Shown here in pieces: positions 1-11,300 of a stretch of DNA of 64,000 bases. Under the pieces are notes generated by a model, which worked only from the letters and a program-made list of their open reading frames with translations, did not search any database and was not told where the DNA came from. The stretch is taken from contig NW_027361684.1 of assembly GCF_039654945.1 (NCBI RefSeq), positions 19,406,001-19,470,000 on the forward strand. Reading direction: 5' to 3'. Origin of the DNA: Dendrobates tinctorius. Lineage: Eukaryota. The translations under genes and the position numbers were made by a program. The first letter of the stretch is position 1. Each line of letters opens with the position of its first letter.

Positions 1-409
1 AGTTTGATATACGAGTTATTGATGAATTTTGGATATCTATGTCTGTTCGTAATTATTTAAATAAAGGCTGTGGCCATTATCATTATCCACTAATTCAATG
101 TTGTGTAATTAATTGGCATATTGTTATATTGTGTTGGTGTAAATATACTGTGTAATGCCAGGGAAATTAGCACAAGGGTGATTATGGGTTCTACACCTTG
201 AGGAATATATGTAATGCTTTGCTGTAATGAAAATGCAGTCCAGTCTACTGGCACCGTGTTATAAAGCATGAGGAGCTGAGGAGCCTGATATACAGTTTTG
301 TGCTAAAAGATTCAGTATAACTTGGGTTTTAATCATTTAAACCTTTTGTTATTTCTGGAATTTTTGTCTAGTGAGCGGTTCTATCAGTGACTGATAGTTC
401 TCTTTATAT

Positions 410-846
410 GGCCGGGGTCACACTAGCGTATAACACGGACAAGTGGTATGCGAGAAAACATCGCATAGCACTCGGCCCAGTGTTAATTTATGGGGCAGAT
501 GACATCTGAGATTGTTCTCACATGCCGATTCGGCATGAGAAAATAATCGCACCATGCTGCAATTGGCACCCAGACTCGGACGAGTCTCGGCTCACTCGCA
601 CCCATATAAGTCTATGAGTGTGAGTGACACAGCGCACATCACTCAGATATAATCGGAGTGCTGTGCGATATACGCTGACCCTGGCAATGGAGGAGATGGA
701 GAAATTAGTTTCTCTGCCTCCTCCACGGCTGTGCTCTGATCCTCCCTGTGCGAGAAGCTCGAAGCACAGTAGCATGACACTTGGAGCAGGAGCCGTGGGT
801 CATTAGCATATCGCATCGGTTGCCATACGCTAGTCTGACCCCGGCC
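410..846. mobile_element. PIF/Harbinger-type MITE
   Basis: TIRs GGCCGGGGTCACACTAGCGTA / TACGCTAGTCTGACCCCGGCC, flanks TAT/TAA. Confidence 0.7.
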
Positions 847-1694
847 TAAAAGTATACATGCAGGTGCAGCTGTCAGTCAATGAGAGGACCACCCACTGGA
901 CCGAAATCTCAGTAAAAACAGAGGTTTAAATGATTAATGCACAGGCTATACTGAATCTTGTCCCACGAAACTATGTATGTGTTAATCTACTCAGCTTCTC
1001 CTGCTCCATAAGATGGGGCCTGGATAATGGACTGCATTTTCATGGTGACAGGTTCCCTTTCAGGGAAGGAGTCCCAATGTCGAGCAAAAGGTGCATAAGT
1101 GAAGAGTGACTATGATTCTGATCCCGATGATGAGTGGTCTATTTTCATATTATACCCTATTGCCTGCAACATCCAACATTAGTGTAGCTGATATTATAAC
1201 CCATTTACTATAATATAATCCACCTCAAAGGATTTATATCATTTTAGGGATTAAAGGGAACCTGTCACCAGAAATAACGCTGTTAACCTGCAAATATGCG
1301 GTTAATCTACAAATTAACAGCGTTATGATGCTGCCCAATGCCTGTACTCTGCCGAATGCAGCAGGGTAAATATCAACGAAACCACAAAAGCGCGCCCATA
1401 GGGCTTTACCAGATATAATAAGTAAAATTTGAATTGTTCAGGGTACTCACCCTCAAAGGTTGTGTAACGCCACAACTATTAAATACGCTCAATCCCACAT
1501 AATGAAGCTGCAGCAGGAGGGTGTAGATAGACAGCGTCTGCTTCCATTACTCAAGGAGGAGATCCCAAAAGGGAAAAAAAAAAAAACACCTGGTTCCCGC
1601 GCTGCTATACTTCAACCCTCAAATGGAGGAAATCCAGTCGATTCTAGTAGTAGGTTCCAATATCAATGCTTTATTTCATGGTACATACAAAGAT

Positions 1695-1735
1695 AACGCG
1701 TTTCGAGGTCCATTCCTTGACCTCTTCCTCAGGTC
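1695..1735 (-). ncRNA. Minimal type I hammerhead ribozyme motif (inverted copy, stem I mismatch)
   Basis: Reverse complement reads GAC-CUGAGGA-A-GAGGUC-AAGGAAUG-GACCUC-GAAA-CGCG-UU-AUC. Confidence 0.75.
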
Positions 1736-2060
1736 GATTTACAAGGATGAAGACAAATCAAAGGTTGACGGTTTATATCATATCAGGGTTAATTACCCTG
1801 CTGGTCACAAAGAGAAAGCTGTGGGGTGGAGTAACCAAATGCAAATACATAAACATTTCATTACAAAACGAACCAATATTAAAAGACACAATAACTTACT
1901 CCCCATAAATCACAAATTGGACTAGATTAAAAAGAAAAAACAAAAAATTTTTTTTTTAATTTAGAAAAAAAAAATAAATAAAAAAATAACTTCTCTTACC
2001 AGAATCAAACCTATAAGGTTGTGGGACTGAAAGTATGTATGTGAACTAAAATCATCCACT

Positions 2061-5000
2061 TTAACCCCTTCACCCCAAGGGTGGTTTGCACGTTCATGAC
2101 CGGGCCAATTTTTACAATTCTGACCACTGTACCTTTATGAGCTCATAACTCTGGAACGCTTCCATGGATCACGGTGATTCTGACATTGTTTTCTCGTGAC
2201 ATATTGTACTTCATGTTAGTGGTAAATTTTCATTCAAATAACTTGCGTTTATTTGTGAGAAAAACGGAAATTTGGCGAAAATTTTGAAAATTTCACAATT
2301 TTCCAACTTTGAATTTTTATGCCCTTAAATCACAGAGATATGGCACACAAAAAACTTGATAACTAACATTTCCCACATGTTTACTTTACATCAGCACAAT
2401 TTTGGAACCAAAATTTTTTTTTGTTAGGAAGTTCTAAGGGTTAAAAGTTGACCAGTGATTTCTCATTTTTACAACACCATTTTATTTTTAGGACCACATC
2501 ACATTTGAAGCCACTTTGAGGGGTCTATATGATAGAAAATACCCAAAAGTGACACCATTCTAAAAACTGCACCCCTTAAGGTGCTCAAAACCACATTCAA
2601 GAAGTTTATTAACCCTTTAGGTGCGTCACAGGAATTTTTTTGAATATTTAAAATAAAAAGGAACATCTAACTTTTTTTCACAAAAAAAATACTTCAGGTT
2701 CAATTTTTTTTATTTTACCAAGGGTAAGAGGAGAAATTGGACTGCAAAAGTTATTGTACAATTTGTCCTGAGTACGCTGATACCTTATATGTGGGGGGGG
2801 GGGACGACTGTTTCGGCGCATGGCAGAGCTCAGAATGGAAGGAGCGCCGTTTGACTTTTTCAATGCAAAATTGGCTGGAATTCAGATCTGACGCCATGTC
2901 ACGTTTGGAGAGTCCCTGATGTACCTAAACAGTGGAAACCCCCTACAAGTGACCCCATTTTGGAAACTAGACCCCCCAAGGAACTTATCTAGATATGTGG
3001 TGAGAACTTTGAACCCACAAGGGCTTTACAGAAGTTTATAACGTACAGCGGTACAATTAAAAAATCATATTTTTTCCACAAAAATGATCTTTTCACCCTC
3101 AATTCTTATTTTTCCAAGGGTAACAGGACCCTAAAAGTTATTGTGCAATTTGTCCTGAGTATGCTGATACCCCACATGTGGGGGTAAACCACTATTTGGG
3201 CGCATGGCAGAGCTCGGGAGGGAAGCAGCGCCATTTGACATTTTTGGCTGGAATTGAGATCGGACACCATGTCGCGATTGGAAAACCCCTGATGTACCTA
3301 AACAGTGGAAACCCCCCACAAATGACACCATTTTGTAAACTAGACCCCCCAAGGAACTTATCTAGATGTGTGGTGAGCACTTTGAACCCCCCAGTGCTTC
3401 ACAGAAGTTTATAACGCCCGGGCGTGAAAATAAAAAATTCATATTTTTTCCACAAACATGATCTTTTAGTCACCATTTTTTTATTTTCCCAAGGGTACCA
3501 GGAGAAATTGGACCCCAAAAGTTGTTGTCCAATTTGTCCTGAGTATGCTGATACCCCATATGTGGGAGAAAACTACTGTATGGACACACGTCGGGGCTCG
3601 GAAGGGAAGTAGTGACGTTTTGGAATGCAGACTTTGAGGGAATGTTCTGCGGGTGTCATGTTGCCTTTGGAGAGCCCCTAATGTACCTAAACAGTGGAAA
3701 CCCCCCACAAATTACCCCATTTTGGAAACGAGACCCCCTAAGGAACTTATCTAGATGTGTGGTGAGCACTTTGAACCCCCAAGGGCTTCACAGAAGTTTA
3801 TAATGCCCGGGCATGAAAATAAAAAAATCGTATTTTTTCCACAAACATGATCAATTAGTCCCCAATTTTTTCATTTTACCAAGGGTAACAGGAGAAATTG
3901 GACCCCAAAAGTTGTTGTCCAATTTGTCATGAGTACGCTGACACCCCATATGTGGGAGAAAACTACTGTATGGACACACGTCAGGGCTAGGAAGGGAAGT
4001 AGTGACGTTTTGGAATGCAGACTTTGATGGAATGGTCTGCGGGTGTCATGTGCGTTTGGAGAGCCCCTGATGTACCTAAACTATTGAAACTCCCCACAAG
4101 TGACCCCATTTGGACACTAGACCCCCCACGGAACTTATCTAGATATGTGGTGAGCACTTTGAACCCCCAAGTGCTTCACAGAAGTTTATAACGCTCGGAC
4201 GTGAAAATAAAAAAATCATTTTTTTCCACAAAAATGATATTTTTGCCCCCAATTTTTTATTTTCCTAAGGGTAACAGGAGAAATTGGACCCCAAAAATTG
4301 TTTTGCAATTTGACCTGAGTAGGCTGATACCCTACATGTGGGGGTAAAACACTGTTTGGGCGCATGGCAGAGCTTGGAAGGGAAGGAGCACCATTTGACT
4401 TTTTCAACTCAGAATTGGCTGGAATTGAGATCAGACGCCATGTTGCATTTGGAGAGCCCCTGATGTGCCCAAACAGTGGAAACCCCCAATTCTAACTCCA
4501 ACCCGAACCCCAACACACCCCTAACCCTAATCTCAGCCCTAACCCTAACCCTAACCCTAGCCCTAACCCTAACCCTAGCCATAACCCTAGCCCTAACCCT
4601 AACCCTAGTGGAAAAATGGAAATAAATACATTTTTTTAATTTTATTATTTTTCCCTAACTAAGGGGGTGATAACGGGGGGTTTGATTTACTATTTATGGC
4701 GGTTTTTATATTTGGCAGCTGTCGCACGCTAAAATACGCTTTTTATTGTAAAAATAGTTTTTGCATCAACACATATTGAGAGCTATAATTTTTCCGTATT
4801 TTGACCCACAGAGTCATGTGAGGTCTTATTTTTTGCGGGACGAGTTGACGTTTTTATTGGTACCATTTTCGGGCACGTGACATTTTTTGATCGCTTTTTA
4901 TTCTGATTTTTGGGATGCAGAATGAGCAAAAACCAGCGTTTCATGAATTTCTTTTGGGGGGTGCGTTTACACCGTTCTCGTGCGATAAAATTAATAAAGC

Positions 5001-5655
5001 GGTTTTATTCTTCGGGTCAGTACGGTTACAGCGATACCTCATTTAGGTCTTTTTTTATGTTTTGTCGGTTTTATGCAATGAAAACTATTTTATATAAAAA
5101 ATAATTATTTTTGCATCGCTTTATTCTGCGAGCTATAACTTTTTTATTTTTTCGCTTATGATGCTGTGTGGCAGCTTGTTTTTTGCGGGACAAGATGACG
5201 TATTCAGCGGTACCATGGATATTTATATGCGTCTTTTTGCTCGCGCGTTATTACACTTTTTGTTTGGCGGTATGATAATAAATCATTATTTTTTGCTTCG
5301 TTTTTTATGTTTATTTTTTAAGGGGTTCGCTAAAGGGGTTAACTAATGGGACAGTTTTGTAGGGCAGGTCGTTATGGACGCGGCGATACCTAATATGTGT
5401 ACTTTTATTGTTTTGGTTTTTTTTTATTTCCAAAAAATGGGTTTATTTGGGGAATATTTTTTTTTTTTTCTAATTTATTTGGCGATTTTTTAAAATTTAT
5501 TTTAACATTTTTTTTTTATTTTTTTTTAACTTTATTAAATAGTCCCAGGTGGGACATCACTGTCCTGTGACAGATCGCTGATCTGTCACATCACAGATCA
5601 CTGTGACAGATCAGCAATCTGTCACAGGCAGTGCAGAAGGCTTCCTCATGCCTGC
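2061..5655. mobile_element. Non-autonomous TTAA-targeting DNA transposon (piggyBac/Kolobok-like), right end deleted; internal ~385-bp tandem units and (CCCTAA)n
   Basis: Starts TTAA-CCCCTT at the TTAA of the inverted pseudo-LTR; about 5 units at ~2730, 3125, 3500, 3890, 4280; second copy at 44618. Confidence 0.7.
4519..4608 (+). repeat. Interstitial telomere-like (CCCTAA/CCCTAG)n
   Basis: Read directly. Confidence 0.9.
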
Positions 5656-5664
5656 GCTTTGCAA

Positions 5665-5978
5665 AAACCGTCATTTATTTGATACAGTGCAGCTGCAATA
5701 AGCAGTATATAGGGCGGACAACACAGACATTAAGAAAGAGAATTAATTCACATCGTCACAATGTCAGAAAAGGCTTTATGAAGCACGGCCTGTCCAGACA
5801 CTGTACTATCATACATGGACGGGATTTTTCGGGTTTGCAGTTTTTACCTATTGACCGGGTTGATTCTAATACCCCTAACAGATTCCAGGCTTTGTGTAGA
5901 AGAGAAATCTACTGGATTTATAGGTTGAATACCATAAATCCAAATGGCCTCAATGAGGTGTGCGATATTTTCGAGTGA
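5665..5978 (+). pseudogene. Penelope-type GIY-YIG endonuclease C-terminal fragment (RT lost)
   Basis: VIYLIQCSCNKQYIGRT...RINSH...SRHC...REIYWIYRLNTINPNGLN; the 5' part of ORF 5631-5978 is foreign transposon sequence. Confidence 0.88.
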
Positions 5979-6452
5979 AATTTCTTTTCAGATGCGTTTA
6001 TTTTTCTGTCACTTTGAAAAGGTTTCCTGACTTCTTATGCTAGTACTGTAAGTGGAAAACCAGTCTGGTTATTCATGGTCTTGGTTTTCTGTGTATATCA
6101 TGTTCACTTTTTATCTTAAATAGATGGCTCTTTTTAGTCCAATATAATAGTGTGCCTATAGCACTACTAGTTAAAGTGGATGATTTTAGTTCACATACAT
6201 ACTTTCAGTCCCACAACCTTTTGCTTTTTTTTTCTAAATTAAAATTTTTTTTGTTTTTTTCTTTTTAATCTAGTCCAATTTGTGATTTATGGGGAGTAAG
6301 TTATTGTGTCTTTTAATATTGGTTCATTTTGTAATGAAATGTTTATGTATTTGCATTTGGTTACTTTACCCCACAGCTTCCTCTTTGTGACCAGCAGGGT
6401 AATTAACCCCGATATGATATAAACCGTCAACCTTTGATTTGCCTTCATCCTT

Positions 6453-6515
6453 GTACATCCGACCTGAGGAAGAGGTCAAGGAATGGACCTCGAAACGCGT
6501 TGTCTTTGTATGTAC
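6453..6515 (+). ncRNA. Minimal type I hammerhead ribozyme motif
   Basis: GUACAU-CC-GAC-CUGAGGA-A-GAGGUC-loop-GACCUC-GAAA-CGCG-UU-GUC-UUUGU-AUGUAC: core, 6-bp stem II, palindromic stem III, bipartite stem I. Confidence 0.85.
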
Positions 6516-7150
6516 CATGAAATAAAGCATTGATATTGGAACCTACTCCTAGAATCGACTGGATTTCCTCCATTTGAGGGTTGAAGTATAGCAGCGCGGG
6601 AATCAGGTGTTTTTTTTTTTTTTTTCCCCTTTTGGGATCTCCTCCTTGAGGAATGCAGCAGGGTGAAAATTATCTTTATTTTCTCTGCCAGCAGTCGGTA
6701 TTTAGTCATGGAGGTGGGGCGGTGTCAGTTCAGTCACTGCTCTGAGTATTTAGAGCGGCCTCTATACCACGCCCCCGGCTTTGACTGACAGTCAGCCACA
6801 ATGGCGGAGGGGGGAATAAAGGTAATTTTCTTCCCACTGCATTCGGCTACATGAAGGTGCCGGGGCAGCATCATAATGCAGTTAGCCTGCAGATTAACCG
6901 CATATCTACAGGTTAACAGAGTTATTTCTGGTGACAGGTTCCCTTTAATACATATGAAGTGACCCATAAGGAGTTCTTAGTATCCTCTACCCTGGTCAGG
7001 CTCCAACCAGCCACTTGGGGAAGATATAGATTTCCCTATGGTATGATATACTGTAAGTTAACATACCAAAGCACATTCTTTATAATGAGAACACAGAAAA
7101 GCAGTAAATCAGACATGTGCCGTGGGAAGAAAAATTTGGAATAACACTAA

Positions 7151-7546
7151 AGGTACTGTCACACTTAGCGATGTACCAGCGATCCCGACCAGCGATATGA
7201 CGCGGTCAGGATCGCTGGTACATCGCTAAGTGGTCGCTAGTGAGCTGCCACACAGGCAGATCTCACCAGCGACATCGCTGGGGACGGGGATCGCTACTTA
7301 CCTGTCACACTAGGCGATCCTGCGTCCTCCCGCCCGGCTCCACGCGTCGCTCGTCCTCACAGCAGGAAGCGCCGCAGGAAGCTGACGACGAGAAACAGTC
7401 CTGAACGTTCTCACGCGATCAGCGATAACCAGCGGGGGAGCGGGTCACTGGTAAGTATCAGACACAGAGATATCGCTAGCAATATCGCTATAATGTCACT
7501 AGTTATAGCGATATTGCTAGCGATATCTCTTAGTGTGACATGCCCT
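7151..7546. mobile_element. PIF/Harbinger-type MITE
   Basis: TAA on both flanks; imperfect TIRs AGGTACTGTCACACT / AGTGTGACATGCCCT. Confidence 0.65.
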
Positions 7547-7996
7547 TAACTTGTAGGGTTACCTGTTGAGAATGCACATTGTTTGATAGAGTTACTATGT
7601 GCTTCATGCTCTTCTTACTTCTGTCCTTACAGAGCGGTTAATATCAGCAACTAACAACATGAAATAGTTTTAGGTTATTTCAGGTGAACAGGTCACATCC
7701 AGAAATTCAATTTACATGCAGATAAAAAGTTAATCTGTAGGTGCATAACATTAGAACCCTGTTAGCATGCCGGACCAGTGGCTACAGGGAGAAAATGAAC
7801 TTATAACCTTGAACATGCAAAGAGATGAGGGGATCTTTTGAAAAAATGATTTCCAATTAAATTTGTGAATAAACTTGTGCAAATCTTTAAATTGTAAAAT
7901 TTGTATTTGCTTGGAAAATGCACATGGAGGAGAGGAAAGAGAATCTAGATGAACCATAAGAGCTTTAGAGCTTACACTTTACAGGCAAAAGAAAAC

Positions 7997-8260
7997 GAGG
8001 ACCACGCTGACCATAAGAACTTACACTCTTCAGGAGCGATAGAAGACCACGCTGACCATAAGAACTTACACTCTTCAGGAGTGATAGAGGACCACGCTGA
8101 CCATAAGAACTTACACTCTTCAGGAGCGATAGAGGACCACGCTGACCATAAAAACTTACACTCTTCAGGAGCGATAGAGGACCACGTTGACCATAAGAAA
8201 TTACACTCTTCAGGAGCGATAGAGGACCCTCCTGACCATAAGAACTTACACTCTTCAGGA
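7997..8260. repeat. 45-bp minisatellite, ~6 units
   Basis: GAGGACCACGCTGACCATAAGAACTTACACTCTTCAGGAGCGATA. Confidence 0.9.
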
Positions 8261-8329
8261 GTGGATGTGAATACTTTTATGTCCAATGATGAAAAGCTAT
8301 TCTCGGAGTGATACATTTATTGGCTAACC

Positions 8330-11300
8330 TGTTATGATTGAGTGACCGTAGGAGGCAGACACAAAAATAGAAGCTACGTCCAGAAAACCAGAGGAGCTGG
8401 CAACTATCCGATTGCAGACCCCTGAACCTATCAACACAACTAGCAGTAGCCGTGGGGGGTACCTACGGTACCCTAGACCCCTCGAACACAGCCGGAGACC
8501 TATATAGCCTAAAGATAGAAAGGGAAATCTAAACTGCCCCAGAGCAGACCCCAAAGTAAAAGGCAGCCCCCAACATATAATGACGGTGAAGCAAGATGAA
8601 AAAACACTGACACAGATAGAAAGATAGGCTGAGCAAACGTTGGGGCCCAATCTAATCTAAACAGGAAAGGAAAGGAAAGCTGCTGTCTGCAATCGGCAAA
8701 AAACCCTATCAAAAACATAGGCCAGCAAGCTGAAATGGAAAAAGACCCTGAAGCAACTAAGCTTCAAAACTAAATCAGCACTCTGGTATTTTCAGGAGAC
8801 AGAGCTAAGGCGTTCAGCTCACCCCAGCAGGGAATGGCTGAAATCCAGAAAAAACAAAGCAAGGCACAAATGCAAAAAGCAAGGAAGAAAAATTAGCTTT
8901 AGCAGAGCAGGAATTCAGACTGGACTCCAAGGATACCACAGAGAAATCACCCGCAGGGAGAATGGGCGTATGCATCCTTATATCCAGTCTGTGACTCCAC
9001 TCAGCCAGTCATCATCATTAATCTCAGGTGTCTGATAATCAGACTCACTACCTCTCTTTACCAGAAGAGGGAGTTCCTCGGGCCTCAGTGATGAAGGGGA
9101 AAATGAACTCACAGTACCTCCCCCTTGAGGAGGGGTCACCGAACCCTCAACCACGCCACCAGGGCGATCAGGGTGTGCCTGATGAAAGACTCGCACCAGT
9201 CTTTTAGCATGAACATCAGAAGCAGAGACCCAGGAATTATCCACCTGACCATAACCCTTCCACTTAACCAAATACTGGAGTCTCCGTCTAGCCAGACGAG
9301 AATCCAGTACTTTCTCTACCTCATATTCAATGTTACCTTCAACCAATACAGGGTCTGGAGGTGCCACTCCCGGAACAACAGGTTCAACAAATCTCTTCAA
9401 CAAGGACTTATGAAACACATTATGGATTTTAAATGTGACAGGAAGAGCCAAACGAAAAGAGACCGGATTAATAATCTCCAAAATCTTGTAAGGTCCAATA
9501 AATCTAGGCTTAAACTTAGGAGAAACCACCTTCATAGCAATATTTTTGATGATATCCACACCAAATCACCAACCTTAAACTGGGGACCAATGGTCCTATG
9601 TCGGTTGGAAAACCGCTGGGCCTTTTCCTGGGAGAGAGATAACTTATCCACCACTTGGTCCCAGATCTGGTGCATTCTCTCCACCACAGTGTCAACCCCT
9701 GGGCAGGCAGACGGCTCCACCTGCCCTGAAGAAAATCGAGGATGAAACCCAAAGTTACAAAAAAAAGGTGACATCAAAGTGGCAGAACTAGCTCTGTTAT
9801 TTAAAGCAAATTCAGCCAAGGGTAAAAATGAAACCCAATCATCCTGATCAGCGGAAATAAAACATCTCAAATATGACTCCAAGGTCTGGTTTGTTCTCTC
9901 TGTCTGCCCATTGGTCTGAGGGTGAAAGGCAGAGGAGAAGGACAACTGAATTCCCAGCTTGGAACAGAAAGTTCTCCAAAATCTAGACACAAACTGAACT
10001 CCTCTGTCAGACACAATGTTCTCAGGAATCCCGTGCAAGCGAACCACCTGTTGCAAAAACAGGGGCACCAACTCAGAGGAAGACGGCAACTTAGGGAGTG
10101 GTACAAGATGAACCATCTTAGAGAACCTATCACAAATCACCAAAATAACAGTCATCCTTTGAGAGACAGGCATATCGGAGATGAAATCCATTGAAATATG
10201 GGTCCATGGCCTCTTGGGGACAGGCAAAGGCATCAACAACCCACTAGAGCGGGAGCATGATTTAGACCGGGAGCACGTCCCACAGGACTGCACAAAATTC
10301 CTGACATCACGAGACAAGGAGGGCCACCAAAAAGACCGACTCACAAGATCTCTAGTACCAAAAATACCTGGATGACCAGCCAAAGCAGAGCAATGAACTT
10401 CAGACATCACTCTCTTCTTCCACTGGTCAGGAACATACAACTTTCCACTGGGACAACGCTCAGGCTTGTCTCTCTGGAATTCTTCCAGAGCACGTCTCAA
10501 ATCGGGCGAGATGGCAGAAAGAACTACCCCTTCGCCTAAGATGGTAGCAGGTTTGGTCACCACAGGAGAATCAGCAAAGAAACTCCTAGAGAGTGCGTCT
10601 GCCTTGACATTCTTAGTTCCAGGAAGAAAAGAAACCACAAAATCAAAACGTGTTAAAAACAAGGCCCACCTAGCCTGTCTAGGGTTCAAGCGCTTAGCCG
10701 ACTCTAGATAAATCAAATTCTTGTGGTCGGTGAGGACCACGACTTGATGCTTAGCTCCCTCCAACCAATGTCTCCACTCCTCAAATGCCCATTTCATGGC
10801 CAACAGTTCCCGATTCCCCACGTCGTAGTTACGTTCAGATGGAGAGAACTTTCGGGAAAAGAAAGCGCAGGGATTCATTTTAGATGTTACAGGATCCTTT
10901 TGGGACAAAACAGCTCCTGCACCAATCTCAGAAGCATCCACCTCTACCTGGAACGGAAGTGAGACATCAGGTTGCCGCAAAACCGGGGAGGAGGTGAATC
11001 TTCGCTTCAACTCCTGAAAGGAAGAAACAGCCTCCGGAGACCAATTTAACACATCAGCACCCTTCTTAGTCAAATCAGTCAATGGCTTGGCAATACTAGA
11101 AAATTTTGCTATAAATTTCCGATAAAAATTAGCAAAACCCAAAAACTCATCATAAATGGCCTGTACCTTGACTGGATCCATTTCAATAGTTGACGGAGAC
11201 AAAATAAATCCCAAAAATGAAATCCTCTGTACCCCAAAAAGGCATTTAGATCCCTTGACATACAGGGAATTCTCCCTCAAGATCCGGAACACAGTCCGAA

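Larger units (their letters stand above)
1368..6650 (+). mobile_element. Penelope-like retroelement remnant with inverted pseudo-LTR
   Basis: 14-bp direct flank GAATGCAGCAGGGT (1354-1367, 6651-6664); ~500-bp inverted arms 1550-2064 vs 6171-6650, each with a hammerhead motif; GIY-YIG 3' end at ~5665-5978. Confidence 0.85.
1251..6948. mobile_element. TTAA-flanked T2/Kolobok-like MITE split by the Penelope-like insertion (parts 1251-1367 and 6651-6948)
   Basis: TIRs TTAAAGGGAACCTGTCACCAGAAATAAC / GTTATTTCTGGTGACAGGTTCCCTTTAA. Confidence 0.75.

Noticed and set aside
1-140. Possible tail of another Penelope pseudo-LTR
   Set aside because: Only compositional resemblance (AATAAA, AT-rich); no ribozyme core inside the window.
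7949-8316. Repeat-protein ORFs on both strands / CRISPR-like periodicity
   Set aside because: Pure 45-bp tandem units with no unique spacers, no cas genes, eukaryotic context; open frames follow from a unit length divisible by 3.
8324-8718. Duplicated 108/69-aa ORFs (also 13253-13656; likewise 35138-36233 and 38675-39715)
   Set aside because: They lie within LTRs; duplication reflects the LTR pair, not coding constraint.
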